A DNA stretch of 64,000 bases from Eledone cirrhosa (GCA_964016885.1 OZ024742.1:272490001-272554000); one strand, 5' to 3'; counted from the stretch's first letter, positions 27,657 to 42,859 are shown. Numbers and translations are program-made. The notes: generated by a model from the sequence alone, not told the origin.

Positions 27657-28052
27657 TTTAAGGATTTTATTCCTGACTTGTTCTAGTGCTGTTGAAAACC
27701 TATGTAAGTGTATGCATTTGTTTGCATTTTTGTTTTTGTGTGTAAACATGTCTCCTATATCTGCTTAAATCGACATGATTATATACAGAAATTGAATCAT
27801 TTTAAAACTATACTGGATAGAATACTTGAGAGCAGAGTTACATCAAACAAACATGTTGTTTGATACAAATGATCTAATTTGATATTCAAATGTCAGAAGT
27901 AAATGAATATAATGGTATTGATGTAAACATGTATATAAGACACAAAACACGTATAGGAAATATGTTTACACACAAAAACAAAAATGCATACAAATGCATA
28001 CACTTACATAGGTTTTCAACAGCACTATAACAAGTCAGGAATAAAATCCTTA
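27657..28052. repeat. Inverted repeat (~27657-27760 versus ~27950-28052)
   Basis: AAGGATTTTATTCCTGACTTG..GTGTAAACAT is matched by its reverse complement ~190 bp downstream. Confidence 0.8.
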
Positions 28053-28927
28053 ATTAAAAGAACATTTCGGTTCTCCTCTTCAAACGAAACATTAGATGCT
28101 GAACGAATTCAAATTAATAGGAAAGTAATATTTCCATAGGCTGTTAGAACAATTATGAATTTAAACCTAAATATAATGCTAATCACACTTCAGACAACAT
28201 GGATATCAAAAATGTTCAACTAACACAATGTATATATTATTGATTAAATGCGTAAAATCAACAGGAAAAAAATCAATATTGAAAAACCTCATGAAACGTA
28301 ACACAACGAGTATTCATGCAACATACAAAATTGAAAGTAATAAAATACTAAAAAAATGCAATAATCAAGCATCCTCTTTATTAACAAAAATTCAAATGTG
28401 GAAACAAGCGTGAATTAGAATAGTAACATTTTCAAAATGAATGTTGTAAAATTTATGAAAACAGTGTGTACATTGGTCTCTCAAGTACAACAATCTAACG
28501 AAGGTATTCCGTGTATTTACAACAAGGAGTAATTACAAAACACTACACCAGGCATATCAAAATATAGTTATATTTAAGAATACGTTTATATTATAGAGAA
28601 TCCAAAATCGGAATAGGTAATTCATCAACTATGTATAATGTGTTTGCAACATTCATACATCTATCGCTATATACATGAACATGGGGAAATATAATCGCGG
28701 TTGGTGGTTATCTCCTGATCTATTGGAGACAGTTGCTTTTGACAGGTCTCGATAGATGGGTTTCCTGGCTCTGACTCTACGACCCCCAAGGATCATGTAA
28801 GAAAAGTAGGAGAAAACGAAGAATATACAGACACTCTCTCTCACTCACGTTTACACGTACACACACGCACACACATACATATATATATATATATGTGTGT
28901 GTGTGTGGGAGAAAGTGTGAGTGTGTG

Positions 28928-28988
<61 letters not shown>

Positions 28989-29110
28989 CAGATGTGAGAA
29001 AAACCACAGACACTCCATCACAACTCTACCTTTGAAAAGCAGAAGAACTGCGAAGCCTGTAAAGGAAACATATAAATATATATATATGTATATATATTCT
29101 AATATATATA

Positions 29111-29158
<48 letters not shown>

Positions 29159-29196
29159 AAAAATAAACCGATAGTGGCCGATAGTGCTTCTTGTAG

Positions 29197-29250
29197 CTTT
29201 ACTTGCCCTGATGAGTCCTTAATAGGACGAAACATTGTTGGCTAATAAAG
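29197..29250 (+). ncRNA. Minimal type I hammerhead ribozyme with canonical core, in a solo (TA)n-flanked island (29155-29395)
   Basis: CTTTActtGCC CTGATGA GTCC ttaata GGAC GAA AC att GT T GGC taa TAAAG. Confidence 0.85.
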
Positions 29251-29391
29251 ACTTTTGATGTATTGAAGGCTTCTTTGGTTTATAATTTATAATTCTTCGG
29301 CTCTGTTTAATTACATTGAGCTATATCTTATACTGTCATTTCTATAATATGAAGAGGGTGTTTAACTCCAACACACTCTAGTATTTTAATT

Positions 29392-29492
<101 letters not shown>

Positions 29493-29494
29493 AT

Positions 29495-30294
29495 ATAATA
29501 AATACAATATCGGAGAAAGCTTTTTAGCGATACTCCGGCAAAATTCCAACTCACTCAACAAACATTAGGAAATAAGCGATTATATTCCCAATTATGCGTT
29601 CGGGGTGCTAACTAAATGTATTGCGTGGAAAATTGGCTGTATTATTTCATATGAGACATATCTAATACATCTCTTCTGAGACGGACGTCTCGTTTCATTA
29701 TAGGATTCCTACAATTTGGGTGAAATTATACCAATTTATGTAGGAGCTTGTATACCATCAATAGATATATATTCAAGTGGGCTCCTATAATTCATCAGTG
29801 GGTGCCCCATTAATACTAATATTGATAATCTCACCAACATCAGCATTTAGCGATAATCACTTTCTGTACCTGAGGTATCTGTCATGTTGCCAGTCCAGCA
29901 GTTCTACAGAAGTGCTCAAACTGATTAAAAAAATGAGGAAGTGAATTACCGCCAAAAAAAACAATACATGCGCGTGACAATGAATTCTGAGAGGAATTCA
30001 GGCCACGTGCTAAGAACTCAATTGGAAATTGAAAAAATATCTATGTGTGTACAACATTGGATGACGCACACAGATATTTTCTCGGGCAAAATAACAGAAT
30101 GAGGTATAAAGAACAATCAATATTCATATATAAAAGATAAACAAAGAAATGCTAACCTTATACCGGGAAATTTTTCAAATCTGCTGCGCCAAGAGTAAAT
30201 AAATAAATACAATATCGGAGAAAGCTTTTTAGCGATACTCCGGCCAAATTCCAACTCACTCAACAAACATTAGGAAATAAGTGATTATATTCCC

Positions 30295-30300
<6 letters not shown>
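29495..30300. repeat. Repeat family E island with terminal direct repeat (29497-29595 = 30200-30300); homolog at 57530-57760 (inverted)
   Basis: Direct sequence identity; contains an HHR-like fold on the minus strand at ~29675-29803. Confidence 0.7.
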
Positions 30301-30385
<85 letters not shown>

Positions 30386-30629
30386 TATATAGATATATAT
30401 AGATATATATATATATATATAAGTCCCGGATTCAGTCGGGGGTAACCTGAGTTACTAAGCTACTCATTATATTAATAGAGTGTAAATATTAAATTTGATT
30501 TTCACATGACTTCTACAGGATTAAAATTAATTCATTCAAGATGTTTGATGATTACTTTTGAATGACATAGTTGTAGACCTGTAACGGCCATTTCTTTATT
30601 AAACCTGATATGTATATATATATATATAT

Positions 30630-31621
30630 TGACAACGCGTACTCCCAGTTCAGTCATGATACCAGAAACCTAACATCCTTTATGTAAGTGGACAGTAAAT
30701 CACTTATGGAGCCGCAGAAACCCAAATACTGGACTTTACCATCTTTCCAGGGGTCAGGTTAAGCTTTCAACCATTTATATTTTTATATATTTTTATATCT
30801 GTATATCTGTTTGACCCGAAATAGGCGATCGAATTTTCGCTGTGTGGATGATTAGTTTAATCACCATCTCAGTGTGTTCGGCCTTTAACGTAAGTTGTAA
30901 GTTCTTATTCATATGAATTATCGAGCGCTTGCCACACAACTCAGAAGTGATTCTCGTTAATTCCTGAGCTGAAATTCGATTCTCGCTAATTTTTACTTGT
31001 ATTAATCTCCAGAGTCCAGCTATTGGCCAGTTAATTTTATTGATTGTTTTTGGTCTATACTATTGACTGCTGAATAGCTTTGTTATATTTAACCACTGTT
31101 TCGAGAGCTTTATTCGATTTGTGATATTTTGCATTTTCGCAATATTATACACAACTGAATTCATTCGCCTAATATAGGTGTTGTCTCCCTTGCTGAACAC
31201 CACGCGGGGTCAGTTACAGATACATTTTTGTGGACTTTCGAACTGAATCCCGTTGACAACGCGTACTCCCAGTTCAGTCATGATACCAGAAACCTAACAT
31301 TCTTTATGTAAGTGGACAGTAAATGACTTATTGAGCAGCAGAAACACAAATACTGGACTCTACCATCTTTCCAGGGGTGCGGGTAAGCTTTCAACCATTT
31401 TTATTTTTATATATGTTTATATCTGTATATCTGTTTGACCTGAAATATGCGATCGAGTTTTCGCTGTGTGGATGATTAGTTTAACCACCATCTCAGTGTG
31501 TTTGTCCTTTAGCGTAAGTTGTAAGCTCTAATTCCTATGAATTATCGACCGCTTGCCACACAACTCGGAAGTGATTCTCGTTAATTCCTGAGCTGAAATT
31601 CGATTCTCGCTTATTTTTACT

Positions 31622-31625
<4 letters not shown>
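30630..31625. repeat. Partial tandem duplication, ~625-bp period (1.6 units), bounded by (TA)n
   Basis: 30630-31000 is repeated at 31254-31625 with scattered substitutions. Confidence 0.9.
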
Positions 31626-31689
<64 letters not shown>

Positions 31690-32087
31690 AGGAGGGTCAT
31701 ATTTGCGTAATATTGCCAGAATTAATATATATATAAACGTTTGTATATGTATAATAAAGCCAAAACAATGCAGGTATGGACATAGAATTAAGAATGCAAA
31801 TGCAAAAGGTATTGTTGACAATTAGTCTTTTAACTTAGATTTATTTAAATGTCCTTAATTTTTGAGCTAATATCTCTTCTTCGGAGTGAAGTGAAGCGGT
31901 TAAACCAGTGTTCTAAATAGCTATATTTAATCCTTCATATATATATATATGAAGGATTGATGTCCGAAAAGACCTTCTTCCTGCTTTACCAAGCGTTAAC
32001 GTAATATATCCGTTCCATATACTGTACCGATTGTGTTGTTATTTCTGTTTCCATTTTACACACACACACATATATATATATATATAT

Positions 32088-32370
32088 GTTGTTATACTTG
32101 GGGAGGGTCAAATTGCTGTAATAATATTGCCAGAAATAATAACTGAACGCACTCACTGTTTGGTTGGTTTTCGCTTCTGTATCTTTTTTATCTCCAGAGT
32201 TAATTCATTTGGCAATCAATGTTTATCACTGACTGACCAATGGTCAAACATACAGATGTAAATACATATGTATAGTCTAACAAATTTCTTTCGTTGAACA
32301 TCTGCAACATCATCAGTGGTACTATTATCATTGTTCCCTTGCTGTATTGTATGTATTGTAATGTCTACGC
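32088..32370 (-). repeat. pLTR-like repeat with degenerate HHR (32280-32320); second copy 46675-46940 (HHR 46855-46897)
   Basis: Minus strand: cca CTGATGA T GTTGCA gatg TTCAAC GAAAG. The tail resembles that of the 26185-26858 family. Confidence 0.6.
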
Positions 32371-32384
32371 AATTTATATTTTCA

Positions 32385-32900
32385 AAATAAAAATGGCGTA
32401 GACAACCACACCCAATCTATATTACACTGGGAGATCCTAGCTTAAGCTAGATCGTATGACAGAAATAAAAGTCCATGCAATCTTTTTGCCGCTGAAGCTC
32501 TGGAAATACTCTACGCCAATTATCACATCTTAAACAATTAATCTGACGCAATTTCGGCTTGTAAACATAAATTGCATAAAACATTCCTGTACAGCCGCAC
32601 ATTATACCCTAACGGATAATACGAACAATACGCGGATAATTTACGTCTGGATGTAGTAGCTAAGTATATTTTATGTTGATACCATTACTTATTTGTATAG
32701 GTAAGTATACCCTACCCGTATGTTTGTGGAGGTACGTATACATTCTCGTACGTATATATGTTTGTATTTGTTATAGGTGTATATATTATATATACTGGCA
32801 TGTGTGTATATGGTTATGTGTATATGTGAAATTCGTGTTTTTGCGTGTATATGTGTATGTCTGTTTATGTATATGTGTATGTGTGTCTATGCGTATATGT
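32385..32900 (+). mobile_element. PLE family A fragment (GIY-YIG C-terminus and 3' UTR)
   Basis: LHWEILA.ARSYDRNKSPCNLFAAEALEILYANYHILN..AISACKHKLHKTF; homologous to 41391-41687. Confidence 0.8.
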
Positions 32901-32970
32901 GCGTATATGTGCGTATATGTGTTTGTGTGTATATATGTTTTTGTGTATATTTATGTATATCTGTGTGTAT

Positions 32971-33059
<89 letters not shown>

Positions 33060-34118
33060 ATATATATATGTGTGTGTGTATGAACGTGTGTGTGTGGATG
33101 TATGGGAATGTGTGTAAGTGTATATGTATGCACGTGTATTATATATTTTTTTATTTGATTGTGGATTTATGATATACATATATATATATATATACACAAA
33201 TGGAAGTTCAGCATAATCGAACCTCTGGCAGCAGCTATGCTAACGAATGCAATCGGAATGTGCAGCTAAGCACTCAATATGGTACTTCACCTTAGAGTAA
33301 TAACATAACGTTTAGACAGCTTTGCAAATTGAAGATTACAATCGGTAAGCCAGCAGCAGGGACAAAAGCAACGAGAAAACTGACTCAGGAAAATATGACA
33401 AACCTGGATCATTGCGTCGTTATTATACAATATCTCCGCTAGATTTCTGTAAATCCGAAATCAACAAAATCCAATTGCAGGGAATGCAAGTTATTGGTTT
33501 GGGATGATCGAACAAAGGGTTCACTTTATCAACAGGTTTCCGTTCAGTGCCGCTTGCGGGTGTGAGTTATAGCAGTAAGAAATCTGGCGATCACGTGGTT
33601 TTCCCAAAATGAGGTAACCCCCGGTCTTTGGCGGTCGAAATTCATGCTTATGTGTACGTACATGTATATGCATGTTGTTTGTGTTTTTGTGTAAGCACGT
33701 GTTTGTACGTATACAGAGGTGTATATGTATATATTTAATTGTTATTACTTTTTTGATTTTAATAACCTCTGTCATTTTCGCTGACCTGTTTTATTTACAT
33801 TATTCTTCACTACGAAGCCGAAAATTATTCGGTTTCCTAAATAGAATATACTCCTAATGACTCCCTTTATACAATAAACGTACTTTTGTCTTTGCGCATA
33901 ATTGTCCTCCACACTCCCCATAACGACGTATTAGCTTCGCTTTTTTCCGTTCATTGAAAGGGAACGTATTCACGAACCAAAGTATCGTCTTCCTGTTTTC
34001 CTTTGTTTGCAACGTTTTTCGAAATATTTACTTCTGCGTTCACAGATTGTTTTTTTTTAGTTTCAGAAGATCCCGTTAAGGCTGAAAGCAGCGATTCTGT
34101 GCTTAAACTCTCTGTTAA

Positions 34119-34175
<57 letters not shown>

Positions 34176-34239
34176 GATACTATTTATAGTTATGTATATA
34201 CTATAAACAACTATAAACACGAAAGGTCAGTAATTAATT

Positions 34240-35428
34240 ACTACCTTATTACCAGTAAGAGAAATAGCTCAAACAAATACAGGGGGTCTCATTGACGTCA
34301 CTTCTGGCAAAGAACCTGAACAGGATAATTCTTAACAGGATCTAGCCCGAGGTGGAAAAGAATCTCAGGGACAACCAGAACGGCTTCAGAGACGGAAGAT
34401 CAGCTACCAGTCACATCCTGATGTCGAGGAGGATATTAGAGGGAGCTAGAGCAAATTGCCATCCTGTAGCCATGGTTTACATTGGCTTTAGTAAGGCCTT
34501 CGATTCTGTGGACCGTCATTGCCTGATGAAGATCTCCCAGGCTTATTGTATCCCCAAGAAGATAGTGGACCTGATATCACTGCTTTACACCAACACCAAA
34601 GCCCAAGTCATTACACCTGATGGTATGATAGAGTTCTTTGAGAAACTGGCTGGAGTGCTCCAGGGTGATACATTGGCTCCCTAACTTTTTAACATCGCAG
34701 TGGAGTATTGCATGCGCCTTGCGCTGGAGAAACACCAGGAATTTATCTTTTCTGTAACACCGGCTCAGAGCAGGAGTGTTAAGGCGAAAAAGGTATTGGA
34801 TGCTGAATTTGCCGACAACATAATTCTGGTGACAATAAAAGTGAAGGAGGCAGAACATGTGTTGCAGGAGGTGGAGACTGTGTCGATGATTGTGGGACTG
34901 AGAATGAATGAGATTAAGATGAAGTATCTGGTAGATAATATTAAGAAGCCAGAGAAGATTACTAATGTACGCGGGAAGCCGCTAGCATTTGTTGACAATT
35001 TCCTGTATTTGGGAGCAAAGATTGGGAATATAAAATATGATGTGGTTGAGAGGAGGAGCAAAGCCTGTGTGGGGTGCCACAGTTTGAGATCGGTGTGGAA
35101 GTCGGACCTTCGTAAAGACCTAAAGATCCATCTCTTCGTTCCTGTAGTGGAGTATGTGCTGCTGTACTGGTCTAAGAATTGGATACTGACAAAGAAACTC
35201 ACTCAGGTGGTGGATGGGTGCTCCCCGAGAATGCTGAGGATGGCTCTGAAAATTAATCAGTATACACTGAGGATGACGAACTCAGAGATGTAAGGGAGCC
35301 TCCGAAATGTCAGCTCGAGATTAGCCCTGAGGAGACTGAGATTAGTTGGACATGGCAGCGATAATGAGGGACAGAGACCGCTGGAGAGAACTCGTCCATG
35401 GATCTAGGGAATTTTACCCGCCCTAGAC
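34240..35428 (+). mobile_element. RTE-clade LINE, 5'-truncated (RT and 3' end)
   Basis: NQNGFRDGRS, FSKAFDSVDR, GVLQGDTLAP, EFADNI, FLYLG, RMLRMALKI. Confidence 0.85.
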
Positions 35429-35450
35429 ATATACATATACATATACATAT

Positions 35451-35496
<46 letters not shown>

Positions 35497-35580
35497 AAAG
35501 TTATATTTAATTTGTTGTGTTACAACTAGTAAATATTTATAACTGATATAAAAGCACTCGACAAATATTTGGAGTATATT

Positions 35581-36511
<931 letters not shown>

Positions 36512-36718
36512 ATATATATATATATATAGTGAAGGAAAAGTGGTAAGGAACCAGGTGGACCATAACGCACCAAAGTACTCAATACTTAGGGTAGTAGAGT
36601 GGGTAATAGAAGTAAGTAAGACCCCGACGGCTGAGCTCAAGCCGTTTCGACGGATAATTCTGTACTGGATTAGCCGTCGAAACGGCTTGAGCTCAGCCGT
36701 CGGGGTCTTACTTACTCC

Positions 36719-36771
<53 letters not shown>

Positions 36772-37252
36772 CCGTCTGTCTGTGGGTGCCTGTGTGTTTG
36801 ATATATATATACATATAAAATAACATATTACATATTGTGTATTTGAATTATTCACATCAGTATTCTGAATTTATTTCATTTCCATATGCTTATATATGCA
36901 TAAAACAGGTTTACGTGCATATAAACAGTCAAGTATAGATACCTAATAGGAATGTATGATAGTGAGTACGTAATTAACAATTATGTGGTTTCTTATTTAA
37001 CGTGCCGTTGCGTGAATCAGTAGCAGTAACTCTTCGATAAAATTTCCAATATGAAATTTAGAGTTTATATTTAATTATTATGTATTAAATTAGAATGAAT
37101 GTGAATCCAAATTATGTGAATAGTGTTGGACGTAGTTTTACTTGAAATTAAAATTTGATATTCTTATTAAATGAATATCTGAATTAAATATTCATCATAT
37201 GTAACACGAGAAAAAAAGGATTATTATGTATATATATGCATGTGAACATAGA

Positions 37253-37341
<89 letters not shown>

Positions 37342-38974
37342 CGTGTGTGTGTGTATTTGTGTGTGTGTGCGTGTGTGTTTCTGTAGTGTGTCTGTGGGTG
37401 TATAATATATATTTTTATATATTATATATGTGCGTATGAACGTTCCTAAATTGTATATCTGGATATACATTTACACGTATCCTGTTTCTCAATATTAATA
37501 TACATGCGCAATGACATTTTATGCTTTGTAAATGAAGGAAGAAAAGAGAATGCTAATATACAACTAGAAGTATATAGTTTCTTAAATTTAAAGTGAATTT
37601 GTTTAGTGATATGACATTCACCTCATTACGACCATTCAGGGAATAGCTGGTCTGGAGTTTCTCGCAAATCTATTCACACTGAAAATCTAGTTCACGGGAT
37701 TCGTCTCTGTTTCTTTTTTACTATGATCATAATACAGTTTCCCTTGGTCAATTAATAGTTAGATTTCTCTACTCTTAGTTATTTTCGTTGAATAATTATT
37801 TAATAGATATTTGGTTATTGTATTCTTTTTCAATACATAGTCATTCTGCTTGACACAGTATCCCGTTATTTCGCTTTTGTTTTATGTTATTAAGGGAAGC
37901 ATATCATGCAACAGATCATGTTATTAAACGAAAAAATCTAAACTATAATAAAGTAAGGAGCGCGGGACTGCGTACGGTTTATAATTTGTTATCCCATTAG
38001 TAAAATAAGTTCGATTACTTTGAATAAATAATGAATGAATATTACATAATGTATCTACTAAATTTCGTGGCTGTTGATTAAATATAATTTGTTTATTTAA
38101 AGATTCACTTATTTAAAATTTCTGAAATGTCAACACTTCCGGTTGGCCATCGCTAAAATAAACATATTCATTTTCTGTCACTAATTTTTCCTAATGCAGT
38201 TATATAATATCGTCTTTTTTAATGTATCATGGATTGCGTAACTCATTAAATAAGACAGTGTAACGCAGTCTTCGTTCAATTTCTATGTATCATATATTAT
38301 CAATTACGATTTTATTTGATGTAGCATATTTACATGTATATATACCTGCATATAATATCAATATACACACTACACATGCTAGCTGAAAACCACCCGAAGT
38401 GTGTTTTTTTCTGCTAGTACATATAATGTACGAAGTGAATCAAAAAGACAAAATTAAAGCAACCTCATACAAAGTTAATTTAAATATTATTTTTACCAAA
38501 TACTACAATCACTTTAAAGGTCTATCTCCTAGAAAAAACAAAATGATCAACCAACAAAACAAATATCCAGTGGGCTCGAATTAGTCTTAAAAAACCTATT
38601 TGTATTAAAACACTTATAAAAACTAGAAACTAATCTTACAGCAAAATATTATTTGTTTGAGAAAAAACTATTAAAATCTATTGGCCTACACGTATTCTAT
38701 CAAATAAAATATAAACACATTTACGAAAGTAGGTATTCCACTCAGCAATAATAGATATTTTCAAAATTGACATCAGATTTTTCACACGTTGTGAAATGCA
38801 GAATGACGCTGAGACATATGACGCTTCTGTGAAATCATCAACCACGTGATCCTTGATTTCACCAGCTAGCTCTTCCATTGAGTAAATAGTTGGAACAATC
38901 ACTATCGGTAAGAAAAGAGCTACAACAACACACACACATAAACATGAACAGACAGAGAGAACAAACAAAGACAC

Positions 38975-39030
<56 letters not shown>

Positions 39031-39031
<1 letters not shown>

Positions 39032-39480
39032 TAGCAGAGGTACCCGGGGTTGCTCGGGTATTAAATAGCAGTTGTGTATCCCATTTATGTCAATACTTCA
39101 GTGCTACTTCGAAAACTATACTTTTACATACAAAATCATCGGCTTGTTCCTAAAGAGGGTTCCTGCCCCCAGGGGTCCTCTACTCAATATGTGCCAATTC
39201 TGAGAGTTCACATACATCTGTAGGACAAAGGTAGCCCATGTGTCAAGTTTTGTGAAAATCGGTTGCGAACTCCAGAAGTTATGGCGTTGTGTTGCATTGC
39301 ACGGCAGTTCTTCAGTCGACTCCAAGGAAGTGGTTAAAGGGGGCTATCTGTCGGGAGGCCCTATAATCAATATCTGTAAAAATGAAAGTGCCCATGACCA
39401 TCCGGAGTACATAAGTAACCTATGTCATAAGTTTGGTGAAAATGCTGTAGAAATGCATAAGATGTATACACGCCCGCGCT
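39031..39480 (-). mobile_element. Non-autonomous Helitron-like element (3' end at ~39031)
   Basis: Minus strand ends in the hairpin TACCCGAG caac CCCGGGTA followed 6 nt later by CTAG, the Helitron 3' signature. The 5' boundary is uncertain. Confidence 0.6.
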
Positions 39481-39947
39481 CGTGTGTGTGTGTGTCTGTG
39501 TGCCTGTATGTGTGTATGTGTGTGTGTGGGGGGTATGTATTTTTGTGTGCGTATGTATGTGTATGTCCGTCGGGGCATACGTATGTACTGGCTTAAATCT
39601 TCACTATTTACTTTTACTATTTTAATAACCTCTGTCATTTTCGTTTTCAATTTTATTTACATCATTCTTAAACTCCGGGGCTGGAAATCATTCTGTTATT
39701 TTAAATAGTCTAACGACTCCATTTATACCATAATCTTGGTCTTGTCTTTGCATGAAATTGTTCTTCACGCTCCACATAAGGACGTATTATTGTCGCTTTT
39801 TTTCGTTCATTGCCAGGGAACGTCTTCACCAACCAAAATATCGTCTTCGTGTTTTCCTTCGGTTGGAGCGTTTCTCGAAATATTTACTTCTGAGTTCACA
39901 GATTACTCTCAGTTCAATTTGAATGGAAAATTCTTGTTTCATCGATT

Positions 39948-40139
39948 GAATATCAAATTATAAAAATATTGGTGCACAGATACAATTCATCATATCCCAT
40001 GTAAGGAGTCACTGAAAATCTGAATTGCTTTGAAGAATATATATTTAACAGGTTTACTTATTTATCAGGGGAATTAATCAAGAAACAAACTGGTCACGTT
40101 TAACACATATATAAACAAATAAAACAGGCAGGCATAAAT

Positions 40140-40145
<6 letters not shown>
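39948..40145. repeat. Dispersed ~200-bp repeat, near-identical copy at 53523-53722
   Basis: Direct sequence identity; both copies end in (CA)n. Confidence 0.85.
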
Positions 40146-40225
<80 letters not shown>

Positions 40226-40267
40226 ACACACCTATATAAATATATATATATATATAAATATATATAC

Positions 40268-40298
<31 letters not shown>

Positions 40299-40309
40299 GT
40301 AAGAATAAT

Positions 40310-41885
40310 ACATTTGAAGACTAAAATCCAAAGAGGCCTCGATAAGGATAAATATATATCAAATATATAAGAACCGTAGAGCAAATATTTATTAAAATAA
40401 CAGATTAAAGTTTAAACAAAGAATCGCTGCTTTCACCCTTAACGGGATCTTCTGAAACTAACAAACTCAATCTATAAACGCATAACTGGATATTTCAAAA
40501 AACGTTGCAACCGGAGGAAGACAGGAAGACGATACTTTGGTTCGTGGAAACGTTCGCTGGCTAAGAACGGGAAAAAACGAATATAATACGTCATTAATAG
40601 GAGCGGTGAAAAACAATACGCGCAAAGACAGAACCACGTTTATAGTATAATAGAGGTCATAGACTAATGTTCTCTTAGGTGGTGCATAGAGACGTTCTCT
40701 GGCGATGAACGAAAAAAACGAAGATAAAACGTCATATGTGGAGCGTGGAGAACAATAGCACGCACAGACAAAACCACGTAAATGGTATAGCAGAAGTCGT
40801 AGACTAAATTCTAACTAGGAGACCGAATGAATTTCCGCTACGGAGTTAAGAACAAAGTAAATAAATACAATACAGAAGTAATAGAAATAAATAAATACAT
40901 ACACGCGAACAGAAACGTACATACACAAGCATACGCAAAAATTTACCATAGGTAAACAAAACCACGCACATATAAATATGTGTGTGTGTGTAAGCGTGTA
41001 TACAAATAAATAAATAATTATATAAACGTATATAAATAAATAAATACGTATATAACAAGCGCACACACATACCTACATGTAAATACACGAATGTTCGGAG
41101 ACGTAAGTCAACCAAAACATGAAGTACACATATACACATGCCCTACATACGTACGAACCTGCATACTCACACAGACGCAAAACTCCCCTATACACATAGT
41201 CGAACCATATGTACCAGAATATATAAAAAAATTTTACGCCATAACAATCAAATATACGTACGAGAAGGTATACGTACCTTCACAAAACATACGGATAATA
41301 TATACTTACCTATGCAAATAAGTAAAGGTATAAACAAAACATATAATTAGCTCCCACATCGAGACGTAAAATATCCAAGTATTGATCGTACTATCCGTTA
41401 GGGTATAACGTGGGGCTGTAATACAGGAAAGTTTTGTGCAATTTATGTTTACAAGCCGAAATTGCCTCAGATTTTTTGTTTAAGATGTGGTCTGTGGCGT
41501 AGAGTATTTCCAGGGCCTCAGCGGCGCAGAGGTCACATGGTCTTTTATTTCCGTTATACGATCTAGTCCTCACTAGGATCTCCCAGTGTAGCTTATATTT
41601 GGTGTGGTTGTCTTTTAGACTCCAGATATAAGCTGAAAGTGACGTCATATTCCTTCTTAGAGGGTAACGAAAAGAATGGGTATGCATGTAAAGACGCTGC
41701 TTGAATCTATTGGCGGTTAACCCTATGTAGGCCCTACGGGACGTGGGTGTTACAACCTTACATTTGTAGACAATGTTATCCAGTTCTGCGTTTACAGATT
41801 GACTTTGTTAGTTTCAGAAGATCCCGTTAAGGGTGAAAGCAGCGATTCTGTGCTTAAACTTTAATCTGTTATTTTAATAAATATG
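40310..41885 (-). mobile_element. PLE family A: GIY-YIG remnant, 3' UTR with ~140-bp internal duplication, pLTR/HHR (40409-40459), and an inverted pLTR at the 5' truncation (41790-41885)
   Basis: ORF 41391-41687 (MHTHSFRY..SLSAYIWSLKDNHTKYKLHWEIL..CDLCAAEA) with upstream IVYKCKVVT..YIGLTANRFKQRLY. Confidence 0.85.
41810..41860 (+). ncRNA. Hammerhead-like fold with variant core CAGAAGA (best copies 41810-41860 and 34059-34109)
   Basis: AGTTT CAGAAGA T CCC gttaa GGG T GAA AGCA gcgattctg TGCT T AAACT; outer CAGATT/AATCTG extends stem I. Confidence 0.65.
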
Positions 41886-42059
41886 TATATATATATATAT
41901 TTCTCTTATTATCCATTATCACACCCCTAGATTCCTATCACTTTTCCTTTTCTCATAGCTTCGAACTTACATGCTCACACACACACTCTTTTACTTACAT
42001 ATACACAACATTTTCTTCTTAGCTACGTACAGACATATAATAACACACACACACACACA

Positions 42060-42094
<35 letters not shown>

Positions 42095-42184
42095 TCGCGC
42101 GCGCACACACACACACACACACACGCACACACACACACACACACGCCCGCACACACAAACTCATGCTTACGCACGTGCTCGATT

Positions 42185-42490
42185 ATAGGTGTTTTTACAA
42201 AACGGTTGTTTTTCCATTTCAGGTACACGCGCGCCAACATCCACTTTAAAAAAAAAAAAATCATACACAAAACGCCAACACCAACAGTTTTGCAAGAGAT
42301 GTCAACATGAATGGAACTATTATTTTTATCTGAATACTTTTTATCCAACTCCATCCCGCCCGTCACTTTAATCTATTTTATTTCTAATTCTTTCTTCTGC
42401 TGAAGACCTAACGTCCGAAACGTTAAAACACTCTTCTTGCTATATCAAGCGTTAACCTAATATGTACCTTCCATATACTGTACCGATTAC
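42185..42490 (+). repeat. pLTR-like family K (also 31945-32060 +, 49595-49890 -, 62255-62460 -); consensus folds as a minimal HHR
   Basis: Consensus of the copies: TCTT CTGATGA a GGAC tagc GTCC GAA ACGT T AAGA. Every individual copy is mutated. Confidence 0.6.
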
Positions 42491-42493
42491 ATG

Positions 42494-42537
<44 letters not shown>

Positions 42538-42727
42538 CGAGTAGGACCCCGATGGCTGAGCTCAAGCCGTTTCGACGGCTAATTGTGGACACAGAAGTAG
42601 CAGTCGAAACGGCTTGAGCTCAGCCGTCGGGATCCTACTCGTTCATATTACCCACTCTACTACCCTAAGTATTGAGTACTTTGGTGCGTTATGGTCCATC
42701 TGGTTCTTTACCACATTTCCTTCGTTA

Positions 42728-42796
<69 letters not shown>

Positions 42797-42859
42797 TGTG
42801 GAGAAGGAGCACAAGAGTTGGAATATATATATGTATATATATATATATATATATAATAT

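Noticed and set aside
38785-38870. Three-way-junction-like fold containing GAAA
   Set aside because: No CUGANGA strand and no second copy in the window.
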